Positions 35,349 through 44,165 of a DNA stretch of 55,424 bases are shown here, one piece after another (position 1 is the first letter of the stretch; every line of letters starts with the position of its first letter). Location: positions 1 through 55,424 of the forward strand of contig JAKEEW010000265.1 of the NCBI GenBank assembly GCA_022616375.1. The letters run 5' to 3'. The stretch comes from Sporichthyaceae bacterium (GTDB lineage: Bacteria; Actinomycetota; Actinomycetes; JAKEEW01). The translations under genes and the position numbers were made by a program. The notes beneath the pieces are model-generated. The model was not told where the DNA came from and ran no database searches. It saw only the letters and a program-made list of their open reading frames with translations.

Positions 35349-35388
35349 GGATGTCGGGGATTCCCGACATCCGTCGGGAATCCCCGAC
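35349..35388. repeat. Nested palindrome between convergent transcription units
   Basis: gtcggggattcccgac-atcc-gtcgggaatccccgac: perfect 16-bp inverted repeat whose arms are each near-palindromic. Confidence 0.75.
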
Positions 35389-35451
35389 TACTTCGCCACC
35401 ATCACCCTCGGGGAGCCGGGAAGCGGGGGAGCCGGTTCCCGGGAGCGAGAG

Positions 35452-36174
35452 CTACGCGGTGACGTCGCCGGCGATGGTGAACGTGCGGAGCTTGCGGATC
35501 GCGATGTAGGTCGCGGCCACGGTCACCAGGATGCTCATGACGATCGCGGTCCGCAGCGAGATCCGGGCATCCCGGATGGTGAAGTCGGAGACCCAGTCCG
35601 CGATCCGCAGGGTGTAGCGGTTGACCGAGAGGGTGCGGACCCCGGAGGCAACGTTCCCGAGCAGGCTCTCCCAGATCAGGATGTAGAGCAACCCGACCGG
35701 AACCGCCCGCCGGGTCAGCGCGGAGAGCATCAGGAACAGCGCGCTGTAGACGATCGAGCCCACCGTCGCGGCCAGGCCGAGTCCGAGCGCGGTGCTCGGC
35801 TCGTCCGGCAGCGCGATGATCGTGGCCAGCGTGATCGGCACCGCCGCGAACAGCGCGGTGACCACCGATGCCACGACCAGCTTGGTGAGGATGATCTCGC
35901 GCCGAGGGATCGGCTTGGTGAGCAGGTGGACGATGTTGCCTTCCTCGATCTCCATTCCAAGCACGCTGGTGCCGACGATCAACGCGATGATCGGCACCAT
36001 CGCGCCGACGCCGAGACCGCCGACCACGCCGCCGATCCACTCCTCCGGCTCGCCGACCGTGGCGGACAGGATGACGGTCAGCCCGATCAGCAGCACCGGG
36101 AAGACGAATAGCAGGATGGCCCGGCGGCGGCCGAGTGCGCCGCGCCAGGTGATCGAGGCAATGACCGGGTTCAC
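35452..36174 (-). CDS. ABC-2 type transporter permease
   Basis: Six hydrophobic segments; EIEEGNIVHLLTKPIPRREIILTK. Confidence 0.9.
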   Translation of the reverse strand: MNPVIASITWRGALGRRRAILLFVFPVLLIGLTVILSATVGEPEEWIGGVVGGLGVGAMVPIIALIVGTSVLGMEIEEGNIVHLLTKPIPRREIILTKLVVASVVTALFAAVPITLATIIALPDEPSTALGLGLAATVGSIVYSALFLMLSALTRRAVPVGLLYILIWESLLGNVASGVRTLSVNRYTLRIADWVSDFTIRDARISLRTAIVMSILVTVAATYIAIRKLRTFTIAGDVTA

Positions 36175-37082
36175 GATGCCACCAGGTAGGAGAAGACGCT
36201 TTCCAGGGACTCGTCGGTGGGCAGCACCTCGCGCAGCCTGACCTTCTCCGCCCTGGCGATCTTGGGCAGCAGCCGGGTGAACGTGCCGTAGTCGGAGGCA
36301 CTCACGGTCAGTGCGTCCGCGCCGATCGTCACTCCTGCTACCGACGAGTCGGTGACCAGGGCCGCGGCCAGCCGGCGGTCGTCGCTGGACCGGACCGTGA
36401 ACGCGTGCGGCCGGTGGGTCATCAGCCGGCGGATGCTGCGGAAGTCGCCGGAGGCGGCCAGCCGCCCGGTGACCATGACCTGGACCGTGCTGGCCAGCCG
36501 CTCTACCTCTTCGAGGATGTGCGAGCTGTAGAGCACGGTGTGCCCGGCCTCGCCCATCCGGCGAAGCACGTCCATCAGGTGCAGCCGCTGCCTCGGGTCC
36601 ATCCCGTTGAACGGTTCGTCCAGCAGCAACACCGACGGCCGGTGCACCAGCGCCGCGGCGACCCGGACCCGCTGGCGCATGCCCTTGGAGTAGGTCTCGA
36701 TCTTCCGGTTGGCCGCGTCGACGAGGTCGACCAGCTCGATCGCCGCCTGCGCGGACGCCCGAGCGTTTGGCAGCTTGTGCAGCCGGGCGCTGGCATGAAC
36801 GAACTCCCAGCCGGTGAGGTAGCCGAACACCGCCTCCCGCTCGGGCACGAAGCCGATCTTCTTGTAGAGGTCGAGGTTGGCCCAGGTGGCCTCGCCATCC
36901 ACGGTGACGCTGCCCTTCGACGGCGCGAGGAACCCGGCCAGCATGTTGAGCAGCGTGGTCTTGCCGGCGCCGTTCGGCCCGAGCAGGCCGGTGACGCCCG
37001 GCCCGATCCGCATCGAGATGTCGTTGACCGCGACCAGGTTGCCGTACCAGCGGGAGACGTTGGCAAGCCCGATCTCGCTCAC
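36171..37082 (-). CDS. ABC transporter ATP-binding protein
   Basis: GPNGAGKT; YSKGMRQR; LLLDEP. Confidence 0.95.
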   Translation of the reverse strand: MSEIGLANVSRWYGNLVAVNDISMRIGPGVTGLLGPNGAGKTTLLNMLAGFLAPSKGSVTVDGEATWANLDLYKKIGFVPEREAVFGYLTGWEFVHASARLHKLPNARASAQAAIELVDLVDAANRKIETYSKGMRQRVRVAAALVHRPSVLLLDEPFNGMDPRQRLHLMDVLRRMGEAGHTVLYSSHILEEVERLASTVQVMVTGRLAASGDFRSIRRLMTHRPHAFTVRSSDDRRLAAALVTDSSVAGVTIGADALTVSASDYGTFTRLLPKIARAEKVRLREVLPTDESLESVFSYLVAS

Positions 37083-37159
37083 GCGCCCCCCTCGCTGTGC
37101 TCGGCGGACCCGCTCGCGGATGCGGTGTGCCTATTGATTCGCTCGCTGCGCTCGCTCAT
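37083..37159 (-). mobile_element. 77-bp MIRU-like intergenic element encoding a 26-aa ORF (37079-37159)
   Basis: ATGA overlap with the upstream stop, GTGA overlap with the downstream start; TGAGCGAG at both junctions; ORF MSERSERINRHTASASGSAEHSEGGA. Confidence 0.7.
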
Positions 37160-38085
37160 CGGCCCACTCTCCGGTAGCGCCACATCAGGATGGCCACGCA
37201 GGCGGCGAAGAACACGATCGTCACGCCGATGAACAGCGGGGCGTAGCTGCCGGCTTCGGTCGGCGCCGGTTCGACCCCCAGGGCGGCGTTCTGGAAGCCG
37301 TTGAGCATACCGAACGGGGTGAGCAGGGCCGGCCACTCGGCGTCCGGCTCGCCATTCTCGGTCTGGCTGGCCAGCACTCCGAACAGGATCCCGGTGAGCA
37401 CGTTGGTGACCACATACCAGGCCGCGATCCCGCCGATCGCGTACGGCCGGCGCGGCGTGAACGAGGCGATCGCGAGTCCGAGCGCCCCCAGCACCAGCCC
37501 GTGCACTACGGCGCTGACCAGGATCGGTGCGACCCGCTCGGTCTCGGTCCAGATCCCGTCCAGCCCGTCCTCGGTGGTGAACACCGCGCCGACGTACTGC
37601 ACGATCAGCGGAGTCGAGATCACGATGAACAGCGCGGTCGCCATCGCGAGCAGCTTGGCCAGCGGGTAGTCGGTGCGCTTGATCGGTCGGGAGAAATACA
37701 GCGGCAACACGTTGAACCGCAGATCCCGGCAGATCAGCTCGGCGGCCTGCACGGCTAGGAAACCGAGGATGACCGGCTGGAACGCGAACGCATATTGCCG
37801 GTACTGGATGATGTCGGCCTGGTCGCCGATCGCCTCGCCGAGCGTGGTCAGCACCACGACTGTGATCATGGCCGGCAACGCCATGATGCCGACCGCGAGG
37901 AACGGGATGATCTTTGCTTTACCGCCGCGGCCGAGCCCGAAGGCCGAGCGCAGGCTGGACGAGTACAGCGCCCGGAAGACCGCGCCGCGGCCCAGCCTTA
38001 CCCCGTCGTAGCCCCGGTAGCCGAGGTCGTGGATGACCCCTCCGGCCGCGTTGCCGTTGCCGGTCACGCTGGTGGCCTCGGTCAC
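37156..38085 (-). CDS. ABC-2 type transporter permease
   Basis: IHDLGYRGYDG N-terminus; RDLRFNVLPLYFSRPI; multiple TM helices. Confidence 0.9.
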   Translation of the reverse strand: MTEATSVTGNGNAAGGVIHDLGYRGYDGVRLGRGAVFRALYSSSLRSAFGLGRGGKAKIIPFLAVGIMALPAMITVVVLTTLGEAIGDQADIIQYRQYAFAFQPVILGFLAVQAAELICRDLRFNVLPLYFSRPIKRTDYPLAKLLAMATALFIVISTPLIVQYVGAVFTTEDGLDGIWTETERVAPILVSAVVHGLVLGALGLAIASFTPRRPYAIGGIAAWYVVTNVLTGILFGVLASQTENGEPDAEWPALLTPFGMLNGFQNAALGVEPAPTEAGSYAPLFIGVTIVFFAACVAILMWRYRRVGR

Positions 38086-38975
38086 TGGAACACCTCCTCG
38101 ACCCGGTGCCGGCGTTGCTCAAGCCGGTGTAGCGGCAGCCCGAGCTCGGCGATCGCGTCCCTGATCTGGTCGTAGGACTCGTCGCTGTCCAGCGGGACCA
38201 GCAGCCCACCGTCGTCCCGGTTGAAGGTCATCCCGGCTTTGGTCAGGTGCTCGGCCAGGGCGTCGGTGCCTTCGTCGACCTGCACCAACAGCACCTCGCG
38301 CCGGCCGGTGAACGCGGCCAGCCGATCGTGTCGGAGCAGCGTGCCGGCGTCGATCACGATCAGGCTGTCGCAGATCTGCTCGATCTCGCTGAGCAGGTGC
38401 GAGGAGACCAGGATGGAGATCCCGAACTCGGAGCCGATCCGGCGGATCAGGCCGAGCATGTCGTTGCGCCCGGCCGGATCGAGTCCGTTGGTTGGCTCGT
38501 CGAGCAGCAGCAGCTTCGGGTCGTGCACGATCGACTGGGCAAGCTTGACCCGCTGCTTCATGCCGGTCGAGTAGCCACCGATCTGCCGGTAGCGCTCCTC
38601 GTGCAAGCCGACCAGCCTTAACGCCTCGGCGGCCCGCTCTCTGGCCGCGGTCAGCGGCAGCCCGGACATCCGGGCCATGTGCACGACGAACTCGGTCGCG
38701 CTGACGTCCGGCGGCAGGCAGTCGTGCTCGGGCATGTAGCCGACCACGGAGCGCACCCGCTCGCCTTGGTCGGTGGGATCCAGGTCGAGCACCGAGGCCG
38801 ACCCGCTGGTCGGCGGCAACAGGCCCAACAGGATCTTGATGAGGGTCGACTTGCCCGCGCCGTTGGCGCCGACCAGCCCGATCACACCCGGCTCGACGTC
38901 GACGGTCAGCGCGTCGAGGGCGAGGACCCCGTTCGGGTAGCGCTTGGACAGCGCGTTGGTAGCGAGCAGCGACAC
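38082..38975 (-). CDS. ABC transporter ATP-binding protein
   Basis: GANGAGKS; YSTGMKQR; LLLDEPTNGLDP; GTG 38975 lies 7 nt after TAGGGT. Confidence 0.95.
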   Translation of the reverse strand: MSLLATNALSKRYPNGVLALDALTVDVEPGVIGLVGANGAGKSTLIKILLGLLPPTSGSASVLDLDPTDQGERVRSVVGYMPEHDCLPPDVSATEFVVHMARMSGLPLTAARERAAEALRLVGLHEERYRQIGGYSTGMKQRVKLAQSIVHDPKLLLLDEPTNGLDPAGRNDMLGLIRRIGSEFGISILVSSHLLSEIEQICDSLIVIDAGTLLRHDRLAAFTGRREVLLVQVDEGTDALAEHLTKAGMTFNRDDGGLLVPLDSDESYDQIRDAIAELGLPLHRLEQRRHRVEEVFQ

Positions 38976-39040
38976 GCGGCCGACCCTAGCCGCCAACAAT
39001 GCGGTTGCGAAAGCCGGGCGGGTTCTGGTCACCTGCCGGG

Positions 39041-40024
39041 ATGGCGATCGGATGGAACCAGGCCTGGCGGGCCGAGGTGGACGAGTGGATCTCGGACCAG
39101 CTGGTCCGGCTTGGCCGCCGGCCGTCAGGTGAGATCGAGCAGATCAAGTTGCGGTCGTGGTCGCTGGTCTTGCGCGTGCCGGCCGAGCCGAATCAGGTGT
39201 GGTTCAAGGCCGGTGGGCCGGGCTGCGCCTACGAGGCGGGTCTGGTCGCCGCGCTGGCCGGTTGGGTTGGCCGGTCCGTGCTCGGGCCACTCGCCGTCGA
39301 CCGGGACCGGGGCTGGCTGCTGCTCCCGGACGGCGGACCGACCCTGCGCAGCATCCTGGCCGATGGTGACGACCAGGCGCATTGGGAGCGGCTGCTGCCG
39401 TCCTACGCCGAACTGCAGCGTGAGCTGTCCGGCCGGGTCGACGAGATGCTCGCACTGGGCGTGCCTGACCAGCGGCCACGTACGGTGCCGGTCGCGCTGG
39501 CTTCGCTGCTGGCAGACACCGATGCGCTGATGATCGATCAACCCGGTGGGATGACCGCGGCGGATCACGATCGGATGCCGCGGCTGCAGCCCGAGGTGGC
39601 CGGATGGGCCAAGCAGCTGGACGAGTTCGGGATCGCGCCGTCGTTGAATCACGACGACTTCCATGACGGCAACGTGTTCCTGCGCGACGGCCATTACGTG
39701 TTCTTCGACTGGGGCGACGCGTCGGTCTCGCATCCGTTCGCCAGCCTGCTGGTCACCCTGAACGTGATCGCGCACCAGAAGACGCTGACCCCAGGAAGCG
39801 CCGAGCTGATCCGGATGCGCGATGCCTACCTGGAACCGTGGAGCGCCGAGCACGACCACGCCGACCTGGTCGAGGCGGCTCGGCTGGCGACCCGGTTGGG
39901 CAAGGTCGGCCGGTCGCTGTCCTGGCGGCGGGCGCTGATCGGCGGTACGCCGGAGGAGATCGCGCCGTGGGCGGACGGCATTCCCGGTTGGCTGACCGAG
40001 TTGTTCGAGCCCGACCTGATCTAG
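39041..40024 (+). CDS. APH/choline-kinase-like phosphotransferase
   Basis: WFKA; HDDFHDGNV catalytic loop; FFDWGD. Confidence 0.85.
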   Translation: MAIGWNQAWRAEVDEWISDQLVRLGRRPSGEIEQIKLRSWSLVLRVPAEPNQVWFKAGGPGCAYEAGLVAALAGWVGRSVLGPLAVDRDRGWLLLPDGGPTLRSILADGDDQAHWERLLPSYAELQRELSGRVDEMLALGVPDQRPRTVPVALASLLADTDALMIDQPGGMTAADHDRMPRLQPEVAGWAKQLDEFGIAPSLNHDDFHDGNVFLRDGHYVFFDWGDASVSHPFASLLVTLNVIAHQKTLTPGSAELIRMRDAYLEPWSAEHDHADLVEAARLATRLGKVGRSLSWRRALIGGTPEEIAPWADGIPGWLTELFEPDLI

Positions 40025-40497
40025 CGGTTGGCCGCCGCTACCTGCGCCTGGGTCCAGGCCAGCAGGCCGGGCATGGCGGCCTCGATCAGCTCGAGAGTCT
40101 GGGCGTAGCCGCCGGGACCGTCGTAGATCGGGTCGGGTACCTCCGCGTCACCGTCCACCGCCGGGTCGAACGACCTGAGCAGTCGTACCCGCCGCTCCGG
40201 CTCACTGACCAGCTGGTGCAGCACGCACCGGTGCCCGCCGGCCATCGCAACCAGCAGGTCGGCCTCGAGGTCATCCGGGCGCAGCGTCGCGGAGGTGTGC
40301 TCGGTGGGATAACCGTGCAGAGCCAGGACGCTGGTCGCGGTCGGGTCGAGCGGCTCGCCCGGGTTCAATGGGCCGGTGCCGGCACTGCTCACTCGAACCT
40401 GGTCGGCCAGACCGCTGCGGTGGAGGTAGGCACCGAAGACCAGGGCCGCGATCGGCGATCGGCAGGTGTTTCCGGTGCAGACGAAGCAGATGTGCAC
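40021..40497 (-). CDS. Low-molecular-weight protein-tyrosine phosphatase
   Basis: VCTGNTCRS P-loop; SSAGT; VPDPIY. Confidence 0.92.
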   Translation of the reverse strand: MHICFVCTGNTCRSPIAALVFGAYLHRSGLADQVRVSSAGTGPLNPGEPLDPTATSVLALHGYPTEHTSATLRPDDLEADLLVAMAGGHRCVLHQLVSEPERRVRLLRSFDPAVDGDAEVPDPIYDGPGGYAQTLELIEAAMPGLLAWTQAQVAAANR

Positions 40498-40555
40498 AAC
40501 CGGAGCCTACGCGGAACGTGACCGGCGGTTGCCGGCAATATGCGGATTCGTTTCC

Positions 40556-40618
40556 TGCGGAGCCGCTAGAGCTTGCGGAGCCGCAGAGCTTGCGCAGTCG
40601 CTAGAGCTTGCGCAGCCG
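40556..40618. repeat. About 3.5 tandem copies of an 18-bp unit equal to the last codons of coaA
   Basis: ctagagcttgcg(g/c)ag(c/t)cg at 40566, 40584 (1-nt deletion) and 40601, plus a half copy at 40556. Confidence 0.85.
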
Positions 40619-41578
40619 GATCCGCCGGACCGCATGGTCGGCACCCTTGTGCAACACCAGCGTGGCCCGACCCCGGGTGGGCCGGATGTTCTGCACCAGG
40701 TTCGGCTCGTTGGTCTCGGTCCAGATCCGGGCCGCGGTTGCCTCCGCGTCGGCATCGGACAGCTGGGCATAGCGATGGAAGTAGGACCTCGGATCGGCGA
40801 ACGCGGTCTGCCGCAGGACCCGGAACCGATCGACGTACCAGCGGCGAACGTCGCTCTGGGCGGCATCCACGTACACCGAGAAGTCGAAGAAGTCGAAGAC
40901 CGCCAGGCGCGGCCGCCCGTCCGGATGCGATCGGGCCGGCTGCAGCACGTTGAGGCCCTCGATCAGCAGGATGTCCGGCCGGCGGACCACCTGGAACTCG
41001 CCGGGCACCAGGTCGTAGGTCAGGTGGGAGTAGGTCGGCGCACTCACGGCTGGGGCGCCGGACTTCACGTCGCTGACGAAGCGCAGCAGCCGGCGCTGGT
41101 CGTACGACTCGGGAAAGCCCTTGCGGTGCAGCAGGCCGCGCCGGGTCAGCTCGGCCAGTGGCAGCAGGAACCCGTCGGTGGTGACCAGCTCGACCCGGGG
41201 ATGGTCGGGCCAGCGGGCCAGCAGCTCGCGCAGGATCCGGGCGGTGGTGGACTTGCCGACCGCGACCGAGCCGGCGATGCCGATGACGAACGGGGTACGG
41301 CCGGAGTCCAATGGTCGGCCGTCCGTCGCGCGCTCGCCGAGGAACGTCGAGGTGGCCGCGTGCAGCTCGTGGGTGGCCGCGACGTAGAGGTTGAGCAGCC
41401 GGGACAGTGGGAGGTAGACGTCGGTCACCTCGGCGAGATCGACCGGTTCGCCGAGACCGGACAGCCGCTCCAGCTCGGTCTCGGTCAGCGGCAGCGGTGT
41501 GCTCTCCCGCAGCTTGGCCCAGGCGGCGCGGTCCAGCTCGACGTAGGGCGAGGCGGGCCGATCGGGTCCGGGCTTCAC
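40601..41578 (-). CDS. coaA: Type I pantothenate kinase
   Basis: [14 protein letters not shown]; TTDGFL; KGFPESYD; EGLNVLQ. Confidence 0.98.
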   Translation of the reverse strand: MKPGPDRPASPYVELDRAAWAKLRESTPLPLTETELERLSGLGEPVDLAEVTDVYLPLSRLLNLYVAATHELHAATSTFLGERATDGRPLDSGRTPFVIGIAGSVAVGKSTTARILRELLARWPDHPRVELVTTDGFLLPLAELTRRGLLHRKGFPESYDQRRLLRFVSDVKSGAPAVSAPTYSHLTYDLVPGEFQVVRRPDILLIEGLNVLQPARSHPDGRPRLAVFDFFDFSVYVDAAQSDVRRWYVDRFRVLRQTAFADPRSYFHRYAQLSDADAEATAARIWTETNEPNLVQNIRPTRGRATLVLHKGADHAVRRIRLRKL

Positions 41579-41627
41579 AGCCCACGCTTATACCAGCCCG
41601 GAGCCGGGTTCGAGATCGCCTGGCGGG

Positions 41628-42020
41628 CTACCCCTGGGGCTCGCCGCCGGCGCGGGCGCCTCGCCCCTGATCGGCCAGCACCTCGGCCAGCCGCTGCCGG
41701 GCGGCCGCGTGCTGCGGCTCCAGGGACAGCGCCCTGGCCAGGTAGGACACCGCGTTGGCCAGGTCACCTAGGCGCAGCGCAATCTCGCCTAACTGCAACC
41801 AGGAGTCGACGTGCTCGGCCTGGGTGACCACAACCGCCCGGAAGTACTCCGCCGCCGCCTCCAGGTCGTCCTGGTCGAGCCGGATCAGGCCGAGGCCGTA
41901 CAGCCCGTCGGCCCGCAGCGCCCCCTCGCCGCTGGCCAGCGCGGCAAATGCTCGCTCGCTGTCGGCGAGTCGGCCTTCCTGGTAGGCACGCCGGGCCTCA
42001 CCGACACGGTGGTCGGTCAT
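41628..42020 (-). CDS. Small tetratricopeptide-repeat protein
   Basis: YGLGLI..DQDDLEAAAEYFR; WLQLGEI..RLGDLANAVSYLARALSLEP; GGGGGAG RBS. Confidence 0.7.
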   Translation of the reverse strand: MTDHRVGEARRAYQEGRLADSERAFAALASGEGALRADGLYGLGLIRLDQDDLEAAAEYFRAVVVTQAEHVDSWLQLGEIALRLGDLANAVSYLARALSLEPQHAAARQRLAEVLADQGRGARAGGEPQG

Positions 42021-42173
42021 CTCTCCCCCAGGTGGCGACACCAGCTAGCCACCGTAACTACGCACTGTGGCCAGCCGGTTCTGCACTGTCAATACCCGGG
42101 TGGAAGATCACTCGAGCCGGCCGGAACCGGCAGCCCAGGGGCCGATCCGGGAGGCCCGGGTAGGGTGACGGCC

Positions 42174-44039
42174 ATGTGCGGAATCGTGGGGTACGTCGGG
42201 GACAAATCGGCACTCGAGGTCGTGATCGAGGGCCTGCGGCGGCTTGAGTACCGCGGGTACGACTCCGCTGGGGTGGCGCTGATCTCCAGCAACGGCGGAT
42301 CGGGCACCGAGCTCGCCACCGAGCGCCGGGCCGGGAAGCTGGCCAACCTGATCGGCGCGATCGAGGAGCGGCCGCTGCCGGCGGCCACAACCGGGATGGG
42401 CCACACCCGGTGGGCCACCCACGGCGCCCCGACCGACCGCAACGCGCATCCGCACACGGACTGCACCGGCCGGGTAGCAGTGATCCACAACGGCATCATC
42501 GAGAACTTCGCCGCGCTGCGGGCCGAGCTCACCGCCGCCGGGCACCCGCTGAGCTCGGACACCGACACCGAGGTGGTCGCGCATCTGCTCGAGGCCGCCT
42601 ACCAGGACTCCGACGGCGATCTGGCCGAGGCGCTGCGCCGGGTCTGCCGCCGGCTGGAGGGCGCGTTCACGCTCGTGGTCGTGCACGCCGACGCGCCGGG
42701 CGTAGTGGTTGGTGCCCGCCGGAACTCACCACTGGTGGTAGGCCGGGGGATCGGGGAGAACTTCCTCGCCTCCGACGTCGCCGCGTTCATCGCCCATACC
42801 AGGCAGGCGATCGAGCTCGGCCAGGACCAGGTCGTGGAGATCCGCGCCGACCAGATCTCGATCACCAACTTCGACGGCACCCGGGCCGCGGTGAACGAGT
42901 ACCACGTGGACTGGGACGTCTCGGCCGCGGAAAAGGGCGGCTACGACTACTTCATGCTCAAGGAGATCGCCGAGCAGCCCCGCGCGGTGGCCGACACGCT
43001 GCTCGGCCGGATCGGCGCCGACGGCCGGCTTCAACTGGACGAGATGCGGCTGTCCCCCGACGAGTTGCGCGAGATCGACAAGATCATCGTCATCGCGTGC
43101 GGGACCTCGTTCCATGCCGCGCTGATCGCCAAGTACGCGATCGAGCACTGGACCCGGATCCCCTGCGAGGCGGAGCTGGCCAGCGAGTTCCGCTACCGCG
43201 ACCCGGTGCTGAGCCGACGCACGCTGGTCATCGTGATCTCCCAGTCCGGCGAGACGATGGACACGCTGATGGCCCTGCGGCACGCCAGGGAACAGGGCTC
43301 CCTGGTGCTCGCGATCAGCAACACGAACGGTTCCACGATCCCGCGCGAGTCCGACGCGGTGCTGTACACGCACGCCGGTCCCGAAGTCGCGGTGGCCTCC
43401 ACCAAGGCGTTCCTCACCCAGCTGGTTGCGGTCTACCTGGTGGCGCTCTACCTCGGCCAGCTCCGCGGCACCAACTACGGCGACGAGCTGGACGACGTGA
43501 TCCTGCAACTCGCGGCGATGCCGGAGAAGGTGGAGAAGGTCCTGGAGACGATGGAGCCGGTCCGGGAGCTGGCCCGGTCGTTGGCCGGCGAGCGGTGCGT
43601 GCTGTTCCTCGGCCGCCACGTGGGCTACCCGGTCGCGCTCGAGGGCGCGCTCAAGCTCAAGGAGCTGGCCTACATGCACGCCGAGGGCTTCGCCGCCGGC
43701 GAGCTCAAGCACGGCCCGATCGCGCTGATCGAGCAGGATCTGCCGGTGGTCGTGGTAGTGCCGTCCAGGCAGGGGCGCGACGTGCTGCACGACAAGATCG
43801 TGTCGAACATCCAGGAGATCAGGGCCCGCGGCGCCAAGACCATCGTGATTGCCGAGGAGGGCGACGACGCGGTCGTGCCCTACGCAGACATGCTGATCCG
43901 GATCCCGCCGACGCCGACCCTGCTGCAGCCGCTGGTTGCGACGGTCCCGCTGCAGGTGTTCGCGTGCGAGCTGGCCACCGCGAAGGGTCACGAGGTCGAC
44001 CAGCCGCGGAACCTGGCCAAGTCGGTCACGGTCGAGTAG
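42174..44039 (+). CDS. glmS: Glutamine--fructose-6-phosphate aminotransferase
   Basis: MCGIVG; LEYRGYDSAG; GHTRWATHG; QPRNLAKSVTVE. Confidence 0.99.
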   Translation: MCGIVGYVGDKSALEVVIEGLRRLEYRGYDSAGVALISSNGGSGTELATERRAGKLANLIGAIEERPLPAATTGMGHTRWATHGAPTDRNAHPHTDCTGRVAVIHNGIIENFAALRAELTAAGHPLSSDTDTEVVAHLLEAAYQDSDGDLAEALRRVCRRLEGAFTLVVVHADAPGVVVGARRNSPLVVGRGIGENFLASDVAAFIAHTRQAIELGQDQVVEIRADQISITNFDGTRAAVNEYHVDWDVSAAEKGGYDYFMLKEIAEQPRAVADTLLGRIGADGRLQLDEMRLSPDELREIDKIIVIACGTSFHAALIAKYAIEHWTRIPCEAELASEFRYRDPVLSRRTLVIVISQSGETMDTLMALRHAREQGSLVLAISNTNGSTIPRESDAVLYTHAGPEVAVASTKAFLTQLVAVYLVALYLGQLRGTNYGDELDDVILQLAAMPEKVEKVLETMEPVRELARSLAGERCVLFLGRHVGYPVALEGALKLKELAYMHAEGFAAGELKHGPIALIEQDLPVVVVVPSRQGRDVLHDKIVSNIQEIRARGAKTIVIAEEGDDAVVPYADMLIRIPPTPTLLQPLVATVPLQVFACELATAKGHEVDQPRNLAKSVTVE

Positions 44040-44054
44040 TCGCCACGCGGGTTC

Positions 44055-44095
44055 GGTCACCGGGGGTTCACGCGCCGGACCCGGCCTCGTAGCGT
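44055..44095 (+). promoter_or_regulatory. PHO box (two 11-nt direct-repeat units) and -10 element upstream of phoX
   Basis: GGTCACCGGGG GTTCACGCGCC (44055-44076), resembling the Streptomyces PhoP unit G(G/T)TCAYYYR; TAGCGT at 44090-44095. Confidence 0.65.
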
Positions 44096-44165
44096 TGTCT
44101 GAACGTCGATTGCCGCAGTCGGCTGTGGCAGCGTGGGGCACCGCAGAGAATCGAGCGAGGCAGCG

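Noticed and set aside
39041-40024. Aminoglycoside resistance gene
   Set aside because: The APH-like fold is broad; only generic catalytic motifs are visible and there is no mobile context.
40556-40618. Possible mini-CRISPR
   Set aside because: Units are contiguous with no spacers, equal the coaA 3' end, and there are no cas genes.
42021-42173. glmS ribozyme
   Set aside because: No recognisable core, and the -10 hexamer 7 nt before the ATG indicates a leaderless transcript.
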